DNA of 64,000 nucleotides from assembly GCA_951406725.2 (NCBI GenBank), contig OX597815.1:71486001-71550000 (forward strand). The letters are read 5' to 3'. The first letter of the stretch is position 1. Each line of letters starts with the position of its first letter. This document shows positions 51,911 through 64,000 of the stretch, piece after piece. The position numbers and the translations under genes are program-made. A model generated the notes under the pieces. That model searched no databases, was not told where the DNA came from, and saw only the letters and a list, made by a program, of their open reading frames with translations. Source of the DNA: Octopus vulgaris (taxonomy: Eukaryota).

Positions 51911-53546
51911 TACTACATTAGAAAAGTAAACAATATTATTAACTGGACTTGTGAAATTGTTCCAGTTTTAAAGTTTACATATTTGTCTTTTGTGAATATT
52001 AAGGTAACAATGTCTCTGGCTGTTGACTTTAATATCATAAATGTGATCCATGATTTGTAGAAAATTATCAGATTGCTGTAAAGAAATGAGGACTGGGGGA
52101 GATAAAAGAGCCAAAAAATAGATTCTAGAATAGTTAATTTAAAACATGTATTTCCATGGTCATTGCGCTGACAAACTTTCTGCTCTAGTACTCTCTGATA
52201 AGACCTTTAAACCTGTCATATGTTTTTTTTCTCAGGCACATTATTTCTCTATTGAGTCACAAATCCGTTTATTCTAATAGTTTCTTTTCTCAAACTGCTC
52301 CTCTCTGGAACTCACTACCATCATTTTGTTTTCATCTGGTCTTTTAACCTTTTAGTATTTAAACAGGCCATATCCAACCCAAATATTCTATCTTTTGATT
52401 TTTATTGAGGCAGATTTTCTACAGTTAGATGCTCTTTCCTGCTGCCAATTCTCATCTGCTTCCAAGCAAAGTAATATTTCCGATGACCAGACCATGTTTC
52501 TGCAGAATATTGGAAATGAATGACACTGCTTGAAAACATATCTGGCAATGGGGAAATATTACCTAGCTTGGAAGCAGGTGAGGATTGGCAACAGGAAGGG
52601 CATCTGGCCATAATCTACCTCAGCAAAATCCATCCATCCCTCATAAGCATAAAAAAGTGGATGTTAAAAATGATGATGTAATGTCAAGACAAGGAGACAC
52701 AAACATGCATACACTCACACACACATGATAGGCTTCTTTCAGTTTCCATTTACCAAATCAATTCCCCCGTCCAAGGTGCCACTGAAGTGGAACTGAACTC
52801 AAAACTGTGTGGTTGGGAAGCAAACTTCTTAACCACAAACCCACACCTGTCACTGTATAGACATTACAAGAAAGAATATTGATATATAATACATCATCAT
52901 CATCATCATCATAATGTCTGCTTTCCATGCTAGCATGGGTTGGACGTATTTAAAAGAATTTTTCCTCTGCGCATTAGCTTGGTTATTCCATATTGATAAT
53001 AAATCAAGATGATCGTTTTTCTAGTCATTCTGTCAAATTAGCACAAGTACTTCTTCAAGATCATGAAATTAACAATGTTTTGACTTAGTCTACATGTCTG
53101 AGTCCTAAAGAAATTTTTTGGTAACCTTTAGCTACCATATTTCTCTTCAACTATACTTTGTTTCTCTTGATCTGGAAAATAATGAAAAAATTCAATCAAA
53201 TAACTCTGTCCATTAAGTTGGTGTTTGGAACATAGATTAACATGGAATTTTGGTAGAAGGCTTTACTTTAGATCACTTCAATCCTTCTGTTACCATATTT
53301 CTGTTGAACTACACTGCCTTTGTTACAATTATTTTTTAAAAAATAAGAAAGAATTTACCCAAACAACTTTATCGTTATTAAGTTGGTGTTTGGAACATGT
53401 AAACTAACATGGAATTTTAATGGAGGGTTTTTAATTTAGATCATTTTATGACAGGAAATTTCTATTATAAAATCAGGAACCATGTCATACAGGTTAATAT
53501 CAAAAGAGTTAAGTCATAATTTTAAAACACAAAATTTCTTTGTTTT

Positions 53547-53669
53547 GCAGCAACTCATGAAGAATGGTACAAATTAGAGCCTGCCACATTTGAAAAAAAA
53601 CTAAAAAGCTTGCTGACAATTAGGGATTTTATTACACATTATAATTATGCTGGAAGCATTGATTATTAA
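53547..53669 (+). pseudogene. Tc1-like transposase C-terminal fragment
   Basis: AATHEEWYKLEPATFEKKLKSLLTIRDFITHYNYAGSIDY* resembles 'EEW.KI......KLV.SM..R...VI...G..T.Y*'. Confidence 0.55.
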
Positions 53670-55424
53670 ATTTTGGTTCTGAAAATAAATATTTTTTTTA
53701 TTTTTTTAAGAAATAAATTTTAAATATTTATTTTTGCTATCAGGTACATACATCATACTCTTCATTGTTGTCAGTATTTTATTGTAAAAACTATAGCCTG
53801 TTTCATGATTGTCCATATTTTCAGATTATTTTACCCACCCTTATCACTTCTCTTATATTCACCTTTCTGTAACTTGAGGGTATGCACTGACTCATCTTCA
53901 CCACTACTTTTTTCTCCAACTAGGGATACCAAGTATCTTCTCTACAGCCAAACACCTGTTCCTGTCTCTCTATCATACTTTAACTTCTCATCCCCTGACA
54001 TTAAGCCTCCTTCCTCAATACTATTCCCCCTATCACCTCAGTTGAGAGGTCTTGTCTTGTGAGTTATTTGATGTCTCCACTAATATTAGTGCCACTTAGA
54101 AAGCACTCTGTACACCCAGTAAAGATGTTGGTACTAGAAAGGGTATCCAGCCATAGAAGCTGTGCTAAAGCAGACATTAGAACTTGGTACAGTTTCCTGG
54201 CTCACTAGCATCTGTCAAATTATCTAACCCATACCAGCATGGAAAACAAACTTTCGATAATGATGATGGTGTGTGAGAGGCAGAAATGATAAAGGCACTG
54301 GACTAAATTCCTGACAACTATAATTAGTTATGTCATTCTTAGTTCAAATTCCACCAACACTGGGTTTGTCTTTCTTCCATTCAGGGTCAATAGTGGTACA
54401 TTATTGACCATCCCTGCATCAAGGTAGAGTTATTGTTTATACACTTTTCCTTAGATATTTCCTGTCACTATGATAAATTATTATAGGCAGCAAGCTGGCA
54501 GAATTGTTAGCATGTCTTCAAATTTTGCCAGGATCAACTTTGCCTTTCATCCTTTTAGGATCAATATTATCGACTAATCCACTCACCTGAAATTGCTGGC
54601 CTTGTGATAAAATATGAAACCAATATATGATAAATTATTATTGTTGTTGCTGTTGATTTTTAAGATAAGAGTGTCTAAATTTGCATTATTTTTTTTTCTC
54701 TTTGTAGGTATTTTTTTTTTCTCTTAATAATGAAATATATAAAGAGAGGATAAATAGCAGCTATATTGATCATGCTTCTCACTGGATGGAATGTATATCC
54801 TTATTAAACTAAACAGGTTGGAGCACATTATCATTTATAATTTATAATTTTCTCATTTCCTTTTGCTTTTTCTTTTCTTTTGACAATTTCAAATTAAAAA
54901 AAAACATTTTGAGGGTTATTTTGTTTGTTTCTTTTTTCATTATTTTTAATTTTTTTAATCCTTACCATTTCTGGGGGCTTTTGTATTCTTTGTATTTTGG
55001 TTTAGATTTCTGAACTTGAAATTTTAATTTTCTTTGAACAAAAGTTGTAGGCCTCACTTTTCAGAAAGAAATCCACAAGATAGTATCATTGTGTAGAAGA
55101 GGCAACCCACAGCTGACTATGTAGCAACCTCTTGTTTCACTCTTTTTTTCTTTTTTTGAGACTTCAAATAAAAAAAAGGAACATTAGTTATGATGATATA
55201 ACAAAATTCTATTCTAAATTTTGAAACTTTGCACAAGAACTTATTTTGAAGGAGTTTTTCTTTTTTTCATGCTAGGTTTGTCATTACATGAGGAAATTCT
55301 CTTTTTACATTTTAGTCCAAGATGTGTTCATGTATGTGTGTGTGTGATGGGGAAGAACCACTGGCAAACTTCTTAACTATACACATACAAACAAATGCAT
55401 ACACACACAACACTCATATATATA

Positions 55425-55612
55425 CTGTATATTCCTGTGTAAAAGTTGTATTATTTTATATTTGATTGTAACTAAAAAAAAAAACTGGAGTGCAACTTAT
55501 ATATGGAGTAAAGCTAAAACCATAAAGTGAGAAAAAATTTTGTACCAAGATTTAATGCTGAATTGGGGGTGCAACTTGTACTTGAGTGTGACCTATGCAT
55601 GAGTAAATACAG
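55425..55612. mobile_element. pogo/Tc2-type MITE
   Basis: ta|ctgtatattcctgtgtaaaagttg...gtgtgacctatgcatgagtaaatacag, with repeated internal gtgcaactt.ta motifs (CpG-decayed CCGTATT-type TIR). Confidence 0.55.
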
Positions 55613-56573
55613 GTCTGCACGCACATTGTGTGTATGTGTGAATGTTTCTATTTTATATCTTCACATACCATCATTTGAGCACACTGGTGATATCATGTTT
55701 ACATTCCTTATTATAAATAAGCTACATATTATTATAGATATGTAGCTTGTAATATGCAGCACATATTATAAATGATATGTCCTTTCAAAGACCAGTGGAA
55801 TACAAAAATCTCTTATTTGGAAACAAGTAAGGGTTGGCAGCAGGAAGAGCATCTGGTCATAAAATACTACTCTAATAAGTCTTCATGCAACTCATGCCAG
55901 CTTGGTAAAAAAAAATAATAAATAAAAGTTAAAACAGTGAGGGAAGGAAACAACTATTCACAGTATGAGTGAATGATTTAATCTCTGTTTCCTATATTGG
56001 AAATGACAAATTCTTATCTGAGCATGTGACTGGCTGCAAGCATGTACCAGTGAAAAAGCCTCAAAAAGGTCCCCAAAAGACCAAAATGCATCTAGTGCTT
56101 TCACTAGCTGCTGCTGCTGGGATGGATTTTCATCTCCCTCTGATAGTCATTGGATTTTTAACACAGCATGTCCGTAAGAGATGTTATACTAACTAGCCTA
56201 TCAATACTGTATATACTTTGAGTACGGCACATAGATGGCTGTTTTATTCAACTGTGTTATGAGAAGGGGTAGGAAATCATCATCATATTCATCATAAGAA
56301 CAAAATCCAACAGAACTCTTACAGACGGACACAGCAGACCGGTTTGATGTTTCTTTGGATGACTAGGTCTAACCCAAGAGAAGTGAAGTTATAAGGAAGA
56401 TTCAGTTGACTGTGGTGGTGGTGATTGCTGACTCCTCCACAACCCCTTCAATGTCAACATAGACTGAAGACTAAGTGAATTAAAACTAAAGACTACAACA
56501 AAAGGCTTTAATTTCTGTTGTCATTTAATTGCTACTTATCTTCTATCAGCTAAAGACTTTTGTACTTAAAAGA

Positions 56574-56604
56574 AGGTCATGCAAGGTCATCTGTGAGTGA
56601 CTCA
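56574..56604 (+). promoter_or_regulatory. Perfect DR4 nuclear-receptor element next to an AP-1 consensus
   Basis: AGGTCA-tgca-AGGTCA (56574-56589) and TGACTCA (56598-56604); motif match only. Confidence 0.3.
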
Positions 56605-56770
56605 TTCATTGAGCTGCTATGATATCATATTGTTCAGTATATTTAAACCCATCCATCATCCTCCCCCTCCTCCTGTTGTTTTTTCTGCATGGTGTGGGAG
56701 TGGGAGTTATATTTTTAGTCTTGCAGATGAACCTTCCCATCCCCTGACACTGTACTATCTCCCACCACTA

Positions 56771-56810
<40 letters not shown>

Positions 56811-57573
56811 CACACATATACTTATTCTATATGTGGTGACACAGTGCTTATGTATCCTATTGGTTTTTGTTTGTTTGTATTTTCCTTTTGGTTTTTCTGT
56901 TTCTTAAATGGTCATATAATGTCACAAAAGACAGACAGTTACTCAGTGCAAGAAATACCACACCGCCACAGTGTGCTAGGTATAAAATGGTAATTACAGG
57001 GGAAAAACAAAATGTTACTCTGTGTGTGTGTGTGTGTGTGTGTACCTTGCCATTCTTTGCTCTGTGTGTATGTGCATGTGTGTGTGTAGTTAAAATATTG
57101 GTCCAGTTGAGTGCATTAGTGTACAATAATCACAGCACACTTCCTTAAATATGTAACTATTATTAAAATATGGCAGATAAATTTATATATATATAAATAT
57201 ATGTATACAACAAACAGTAATACAGGCAAAGAAGAACATAGTTTCAGGGAAAACAAAACAAACAGTAGATTAACATGCACTAGTCTGATCCCATCATCAG
57301 CTGGCAATTGGAAATCATAGCAATTTTGGTACCTAAAACCATATCATTCATTCCAGTGGTGCCCACAGCTTATTAATTGTGCAAAGAAGTAAAAAAATGA
57401 ATGGTCAAAGATGAGAAAAATAAGTGCACATCAACAAATTAGGAATAAAAAAGTACGAAACCAAAACAAACAAAGATATAACAATGGGTTCTTTCGATTC
57501 AGACAATAATTAAAATAATGTATGGAAGATAATTGTGTTGCATCCTGCAACCATATATACATACCACTCTCTC

Positions 57574-57632
<59 letters not shown>

Positions 57633-58113
57633 CGGGTTACTCCCATCATTAAATACCCCAGTGCCATTATAAGTAGTTACTCAGTAGCTTCTACATTTCA
57701 TTATCAGATTTCTTTGCTAACTGTTGCAAATATACATTAGCTGCATTTTTAAGTATCTCCCTCAACCCTTCATTAATTAGTTATAGATTTTATTTGAATT
57801 GTAAGATACATCAAAGTTGTCAGCTTATTTTGCTGTACTTAGATCTTTTGTGGATGTCAACTCCAACTTGAGAGCAAATTTTAGTCAGTATATCTTCCAT
57901 TGGAGTCTTTGTGACTGTTGTCTTGGACCAATTGCATGGTCTACCAATTCATGTACTAAATGTTTTTATGACCGCTCATGTGGATTTTTGACAGCTGTTA
58001 TTTTTTTGTCCTGCTGAGTGACCACAAAATCCTCCTCACCTGGCAAGCCAAGTTGGGGAGCCACTTTAATCACTGACCATCCAATCATGAAGCAGGTACT
58101 ACTGTATTTAGAT

Positions 58114-58359
58114 CAGTGGTTCTCAACCAGGGTCCATTTGGCACTTGGGAGTCTATATAAGATTTTGTTGTTAAAATTTGTGCAATAAACCGATTACACT
58201 TCTACAATACACAAAATATTTTAATTTTTAAAGCAATTCCTAATATTTAATTATGAAACTATAATAGGATTTTTAAAAATATCAAATGGTTATGGAAGTT
58301 CAGTAGAGTAAAATTGGAATCAAAGGGGTCCATAGGCAAAAAATGGTTGAGAACCACTA
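58114..58359. mobile_element. hAT (Charlie-like) MITE with 8-bp TSD
   Basis: TIR cagtggttctcaacc / ggttgagaaccacta; TSD atttagat / acttagat (7 of 8 match). Confidence 0.9.
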
Positions 58360-58674
58360 ACTTAGATACTAAACTACATTCACCTCTCTAAACAACTCCC
58401 TATACTTACATGTTGTATGACTATTCATAATATACATAAATGCTGTTACAGACAATACACTGTATTATTGTTTTAAAAAAATCTTAGAGTGGAAAATATT
58501 TTTTAATGCCAACATGTCTTTACTCATGTAATCACTTTAAGTTCAGAAATTCGATTAATGGCTAGTTGATTGCAGAAACAGTAGACAGCCAGACAAAATA
58601 GTTGCGGTTGTTTACAATATCTTTATGTACTGAGTGTGGATTCCACACAGACCCATTTTGATTTAACCCTCCTG

Positions 58675-58675
<1 letters not shown>

Positions 58676-58724
<49 letters not shown>
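58676..58724 (+). repeat. (CAT)n microsatellite; tail of a minus-strand RTE-type 3' fragment extending to ~58920
   Basis: Direct reading; poly-Asp in ORF 58562..58840 is an artefact. Confidence 0.9.
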
Positions 58725-58725
<1 letters not shown>

Positions 58726-59049
58726 GTGTCTGCTTTCCATGCTGGCATATGTTAGATGCTTTGACTGAAACTGGTAAGCTGGAGAGCTGCACCAGGTGCC
58801 GATCATGGTTTCTACAGCTGGATGCCTTTCCTAATGCCAACCACTCTGAAAGTGTAACGGGTGCTTTTTACATCCCAGTGGCACAGGTGCCAGTTACATG
58901 ACACCAGCATTGGCCACAACAGTTGATAAAATAAATACTGGGATCAATATTTTCAACTATACAGTAGAGGTTGGTGCACCAGCTTTCCCACACTCCAGTG
59001 ATTGACCCCAGTAAGAGAAGTAAAGGATACATACTACTAGTTTCTTTAA

Positions 59050-59250
59050 CCCTTTTGCATTCAGATTATTCTTTCAAAGGTAATGCTGCTCAATTTACAT
59101 TGTTTTGAATTAATCATGAATTTTCTCATAACTTTGAGATTTTGATGAGGTAACTGTTGATTTTTAGAATCATAATGTAAGATTGGTGGGAGAGGTCATA
59201 TCTGATCAGTTTGAATATGAAGCAGGTTGAATATTTTAAATGCTAATGGG
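59050..59250. mobile_element. piggyBac-like MITE with TTAA TSD
   Basis: ttaa|cccttttgcatt...aatgctaatggg|ttaa. Confidence 0.8.
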
Positions 59251-59508
59251 TTAAATAAATTATTTGATTGAGGTTTGTTCCCTATAAGAAACTGGCATCA
59301 TGAGTAATTTATGTTGAAGTTCTCAATTTGAAATTCATGTGTGTGTGTGCTGGTATGTTTACATCCCTGTAACTTAGCGGTTCGGCAAGAGACCAATAGA
59401 ATAAGTACTAGACTTACAAAGAATAAGTCCTGGGATCAATTTGTTCAACTAAAGGCGGTGTTCCAGCCTGGCCACAGTCAAATGACTGAAACAAGTAAAG
59501 GAATAAAA

Positions 59509-59557
<49 letters not shown>

Positions 59558-59568
59558 TTTAAACGTAT

Positions 59569-59613
<45 letters not shown>

Positions 59614-59623
59614 CAATAAGAAA

Positions 59624-59954
59624 ATTATATTATGTTAACTTATTTATTTATTTACTAAACTGATAATTACAATAATATACATACATATAACATATTATGC
59701 TTTACATATACGATATAAAATATAGTAATATATAAGGATACCAGTAATTATTATAAAATAACAAACATGAATATAAATTGGGAAAATATTTATTTTCCCT
59801 ATTTATATTTATATTTGTTATTTTATAATTACTGGTATCCTTATATATTACTTACTATATTTTATATCTTATATGTAAAGCATAATATGTTATATGTATG
59901 CATATTATTGTAATTAGCAATTTAGTAAATAAATAAATGTTCACATGATATAAT
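59624..59954. repeat. ~165-bp AT-rich fold-back palindrome
   Basis: Centre gggaaaata-tt-tattttccc (59780-59799); arms pair, e.g. aaggataccagtaatta / taattactggtatcctt. Confidence 0.93.
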
Positions 59955-60179
59955 GTCTAAAAGTTGATGAACCCCCTATTATTCTCCTCCATTTTCTTAT
60001 CGCTCTATGAATTAATGGTAAAATATATCTTTACCTCCGCCCATTTAGTACCCTAGGTAATGTAATTGCAATGCAATAAAAGACACTTGTGTATTAATAA
60101 TTGGGTATTCTACCAGCAGTATATTAGATAGATATTATCCTTTAGTGGGTTGGATTCACAACCCCTAACTTTCTTGAAG

Positions 60180-60226
<47 letters not shown>

Positions 60227-60775
60227 GCTTGAACTGCACAACACTTTCCACTTTGACCATCAACTAAGAAACACAGCAACTCTAGTACCATGTATGTGTA
60301 CAGGCATAGGCATGATTGAGTTATTAAGAAGTTTGCTTCTTAATCATGACAATTTATTCTGTTCATGTTGCCTATAGTCATCTTATTACTTTCCAACTGT
60401 CAAAATGAAATTGTAGTTCTGGTTATATAATTCCTGTATCTTTTTCACAAATCAACACCTTGAAGTAAGTATTTTCTGCTACACCCCCTGGCTGACCATT
60501 GTGAATGGATTTGGGAAAGGAAACTGATAGAACCCCTTCATATATGGGTGTGTGTGTCTTACCTCCTTCCCTTAACATCATGTGATAGCTATAAGTTAAT
60601 GTCAGTCATGCAAGTGGTGTCTTTCATATCCAATTTTCTGTGAAAATATGTCTGGTTTTGGGTAAAATATTACCTTGGAAACAGCTATGGATTGGCAACA
60701 GGAAGGTCATCTGGCTGTAGAAAATCCACCTCAGAAAATTGTTTGACCCATGGAAAAATAGCCAACATTTGAAGG

Positions 60776-60817
<42 letters not shown>

Positions 60818-61227
60818 AATATTGTGTGTTTATATATGTTGTTTTTCTTACTGTTTGACCCTTACTTATATTAAGTTTTTTTATTTTTTTTGGTGGGGGT
60901 TACACTTTCGTCGTCTTGTATCTTAATAGAATCAGATATTTATTACAGATATTAGATATTATTTATTCATTGAAACAAAAGTTGGATGTAGATTATGACT
61001 TTTATGTCAGAATGGACATCAGTCTCATAATTAATCAGTGTTAGTTAATCAAAAGAAAATGATTGCCAACGAAAAGTGGGGTTTTTATATGTTTTTCTCT
61101 CTTTGATGTTGATATAAAAATATAATTTTGTTACAAAATGATTATGGATAACAGTATATTAACAACTTTTTAAAAACTGGGACAAGCCTAAACAAGTGAC
61201 TTTCATATCCTGGGTATACAAAGTTAG

Positions 61228-61500
61228 TGGAGGCATGTGACCTAATGGTTAGGTGTTGCACTCACAATCACAAGATTGTGGTTCTAATAACTGGATCAGG
61301 TGGTGCACTGTGTTCTTGAGCAAAACACTTCATTTCATATTGTTCCAGTCCACTTAGCTGTAAATGAGTTAACCTATGATGGACTAGCATCCCAGTCAGG
61401 AGGAATGTGGTGATCTTGGTTATGTATATGCCATGGAAACCAGGTATCCAGCCCTGTGTCCTAGGATTCAAGACAGTATGTCCAAGAGTTGATGATGATA
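61228..61500 (+). mobile_element. SINE family C
   Basis: ggaggcatgtgacctaatggttaggtgttgcactcac..gtgttcttgagcaaaacacttcatttc. Confidence 0.75.
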
Positions 61501-61613
61501 TGCAAGTGCTATATCTGTATAAGGGATGAAATATTTGAGTTCAGGACTGATGAACCATTTCTGCTTCAGTAATTATTCCCTTTTTTATGGTTTTGTGTGT
61601 GTATGTATGTATG

Positions 61614-61646
<33 letters not shown>

Positions 61647-63330
61647 GTATGTATATATATATGTATGTATGTATATATATATATATGTATATATATATAG
61701 TAATACACATGAAATGAATGGATAATTGGGACATTACTATGCATATTTTAGTGGTTGTGCATGTGTATGCACACACACACACACACACATACAGCAGGCT
61801 TCCACACAGTTTCTGTCTACCAAGTTCACTTACAAGGCATCAGTCCACCTGGGTCTATAGTTGAAGGCACTTACTCAAGGTGTCATGCTGTGGGACTGAA
61901 CCTGAATCCACATGTTTGTAAAGTGGACTTCTTAACTACACAGCCATGCCTGAAGCTTTGTGCTTTGGTGAAAGCCTAAAAGGAAACAAAAAAAATGAGG
62001 TAATGTTAAAGTTGCTGATTTGTGACAAATTTAAAGGAACCAAGTTTGGCGAAGTCTTGTCATCATCACCACCACTGCCACTACCACCATCATCATCATC
62101 TCCATACCACTACCATCACTTTACATCTACCTGTCTGTGATGACATGTTGAGTTACAGTGGAAAATTGAAAGAATTCAAGCTACTTTTTATTAGCATTAT
62201 AAGCATACAAATGTGTATGTATGTGCCTGTATTCATGCACCTGTATGTATGTATGTATGTATGTAATACTGAAAGCAGCATTCTTTTGTTGGTTTAGTAT
62301 ATAGGCCATTTGAGCTTATTCAATTTTGAAGTTTTATGTTAATGAGTTGGAAAACATTTGTTGTGCATACATACATATATACATACATACATGCATGCTT
62401 ATGCACACACACATATACCAGCCTTTCCTCTGTAAAACAGATAACTGCTGAGATCAAATTATTGTCTGATATCTTTTTATCCTATACATAAAAGATTGTA
62501 GGTCATATATTTTCAGCTGGATTAGGGCCAAAATTCATGCTGCAAGAAATAAAAGTTTTGATGTGTGTATGTGTGTGTGTATAACTTCTCTGTGTGTGTG
62601 TAGGTGCAAAAACATTGTGTAATTGATGGAAGCATTACCTTTTATTTGTTTCAGTCATTGGATGGCAGCCAAGCTAGTACACTGCCTTAAAGGTTTAAGC
62701 AAACAAATCAACCCCAGTGCTTTTTTTTTGAAAGTCTTAATTCTATCCATTTTTTTTTTTTTTTTGCCAAACTGCTCAGTTACTTGGACATGAAAACCAA
62801 CAACAGTTTTCAATCAGTGGTGGGACATGTACACACACACACACACACACATATACATACATACATACAACAGGCCTCCATGCAGTTTCCGTCTGCCAAA
62901 TTCACTCACATAGCATCGGTTTGCTGGTTGGCTCAGAGTTGGAGGAAGACACTTGTCAAAGGTGCCAAGCAGTGGGACTGAACTTGAAACCACATGATTG
63001 CAAAGAGAGCTTTTTAACCACTCAATCATGCTTGCACCTAACACTTATTGTCTGTTTTTCTTTGCAGGGTGGGGGGTTATTTTTAATTTAGTTCTCTTCT
63101 GCCTAATGTGTGCTGTAAGTCATTTGCATATTACAAAAAGATACAAAAGAAATCTTAGCACAATAAAAAAAGAAATTTAGAAAAAAGTAAGACTACCATC
63201 ACATTCAATTATATAGGCATTGTAAACATATTGAAGTGTTAAGCTAACATCTTCCAATTGACTACAAGTGTCTCTATGTACTGACTGATGTTAAGATAAA
63301 GCCTGGCTTGTGTGCATTTATGTATGACAA

Positions 63331-63363
<33 letters not shown>

Positions 63364-63545
63364 TACGTGTGCATGATTACATTAGAAACTACAAAATTCT
63401 CCCATTTCTGAATATTGTAAAGCTTAGAAAATAATTTATGTTGTCAACATATACTCACCCATTTAAGGATGATTAAAAAAAACAGCAGTGAAATGTTTGC
63501 ATGAGAGTTAATTGTTAGCGCCATGTGTGTGTGTGCATATGTGTG

Positions 63546-63577
<32 letters not shown>

Positions 63578-63746
63578 TATTTACATAGATATATACATAT
63601 ACACATTTGCATACATATATATGTATATATACACACACACATTTATATACATACATACATGCATACATTCATACATATGTATATATATCATTGCTATTAT
63701 GCAAAAGTGTCATAAATCCAAAACATTGCTTTTTCAGAAAATGGAA

Positions 63747-64000
63747 ACAATAATTTCACCATTCCATAGCAAAACCGTTGTGCTACACTTTGACAATTTT
63801 TGATATCTTGGCATCTGAAGCAGCTGGAGATATGATAGTTTGACCAAAAGAACTGGCTAGCGACAACAAATTATATATATATTGCAATAGCCAGTTATTT
63901 TGGTCAAACTATTATATCTCCAGCAGCTTCAGATGCCAAGACATCAAAAATTGTCAAAGTGTAACACAACGGTTTTGCTATGGAATGGTGAAACTATTGT
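63747..64000. repeat. Long fold-back inverted repeat (arms of at least ~110 bp) running off the window end
   Basis: acaataatttcaccattccatagcaaaaccgttgtg.. pairs with ..cacaacggttttgctatggaatggtgaaactattgt; loop ~63860-63886 contains (TA)n. Confidence 0.93.

Overview
AT-rich, CpG-depleted, microsatellite-rich animal genomic DNA with no intact multi-exon gene recognisable. The tRNA-derived SINE families look like those I recognise from Octopus (coleoid cephalopod); this taxon call is an inference. Most of the window is a mosaic of three SINE families and decayed LINE fragments (RTE with a PHD finger inside the RT, Dong/R4-type, I/Nimb-type, CR1-like). It also holds DNA-transposon relics (pogo/Tigger, Tc1/mariner, Helitron, hAT, TTAA MITEs). 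Almost all listed ORFs are microsatellite or SINE artefacts. Most notable: (1) an apparently young 5'-truncated Penelope-like element (C-terminal GIY-YIG, CxCx5C linker) whose ~2 kb 3' UTR carries a type I hammerhead ribozyme with a palindromic stem III; (2) several long fold-back hairpins, mostly in (TA)n tracts; (3) a 27-nt frame-preserving candidate microexon behind a 111-nt AG-free zone, suggesting the window lies in a very long intron of a + strand gene. Motif assignments were made by eye, without database searches.
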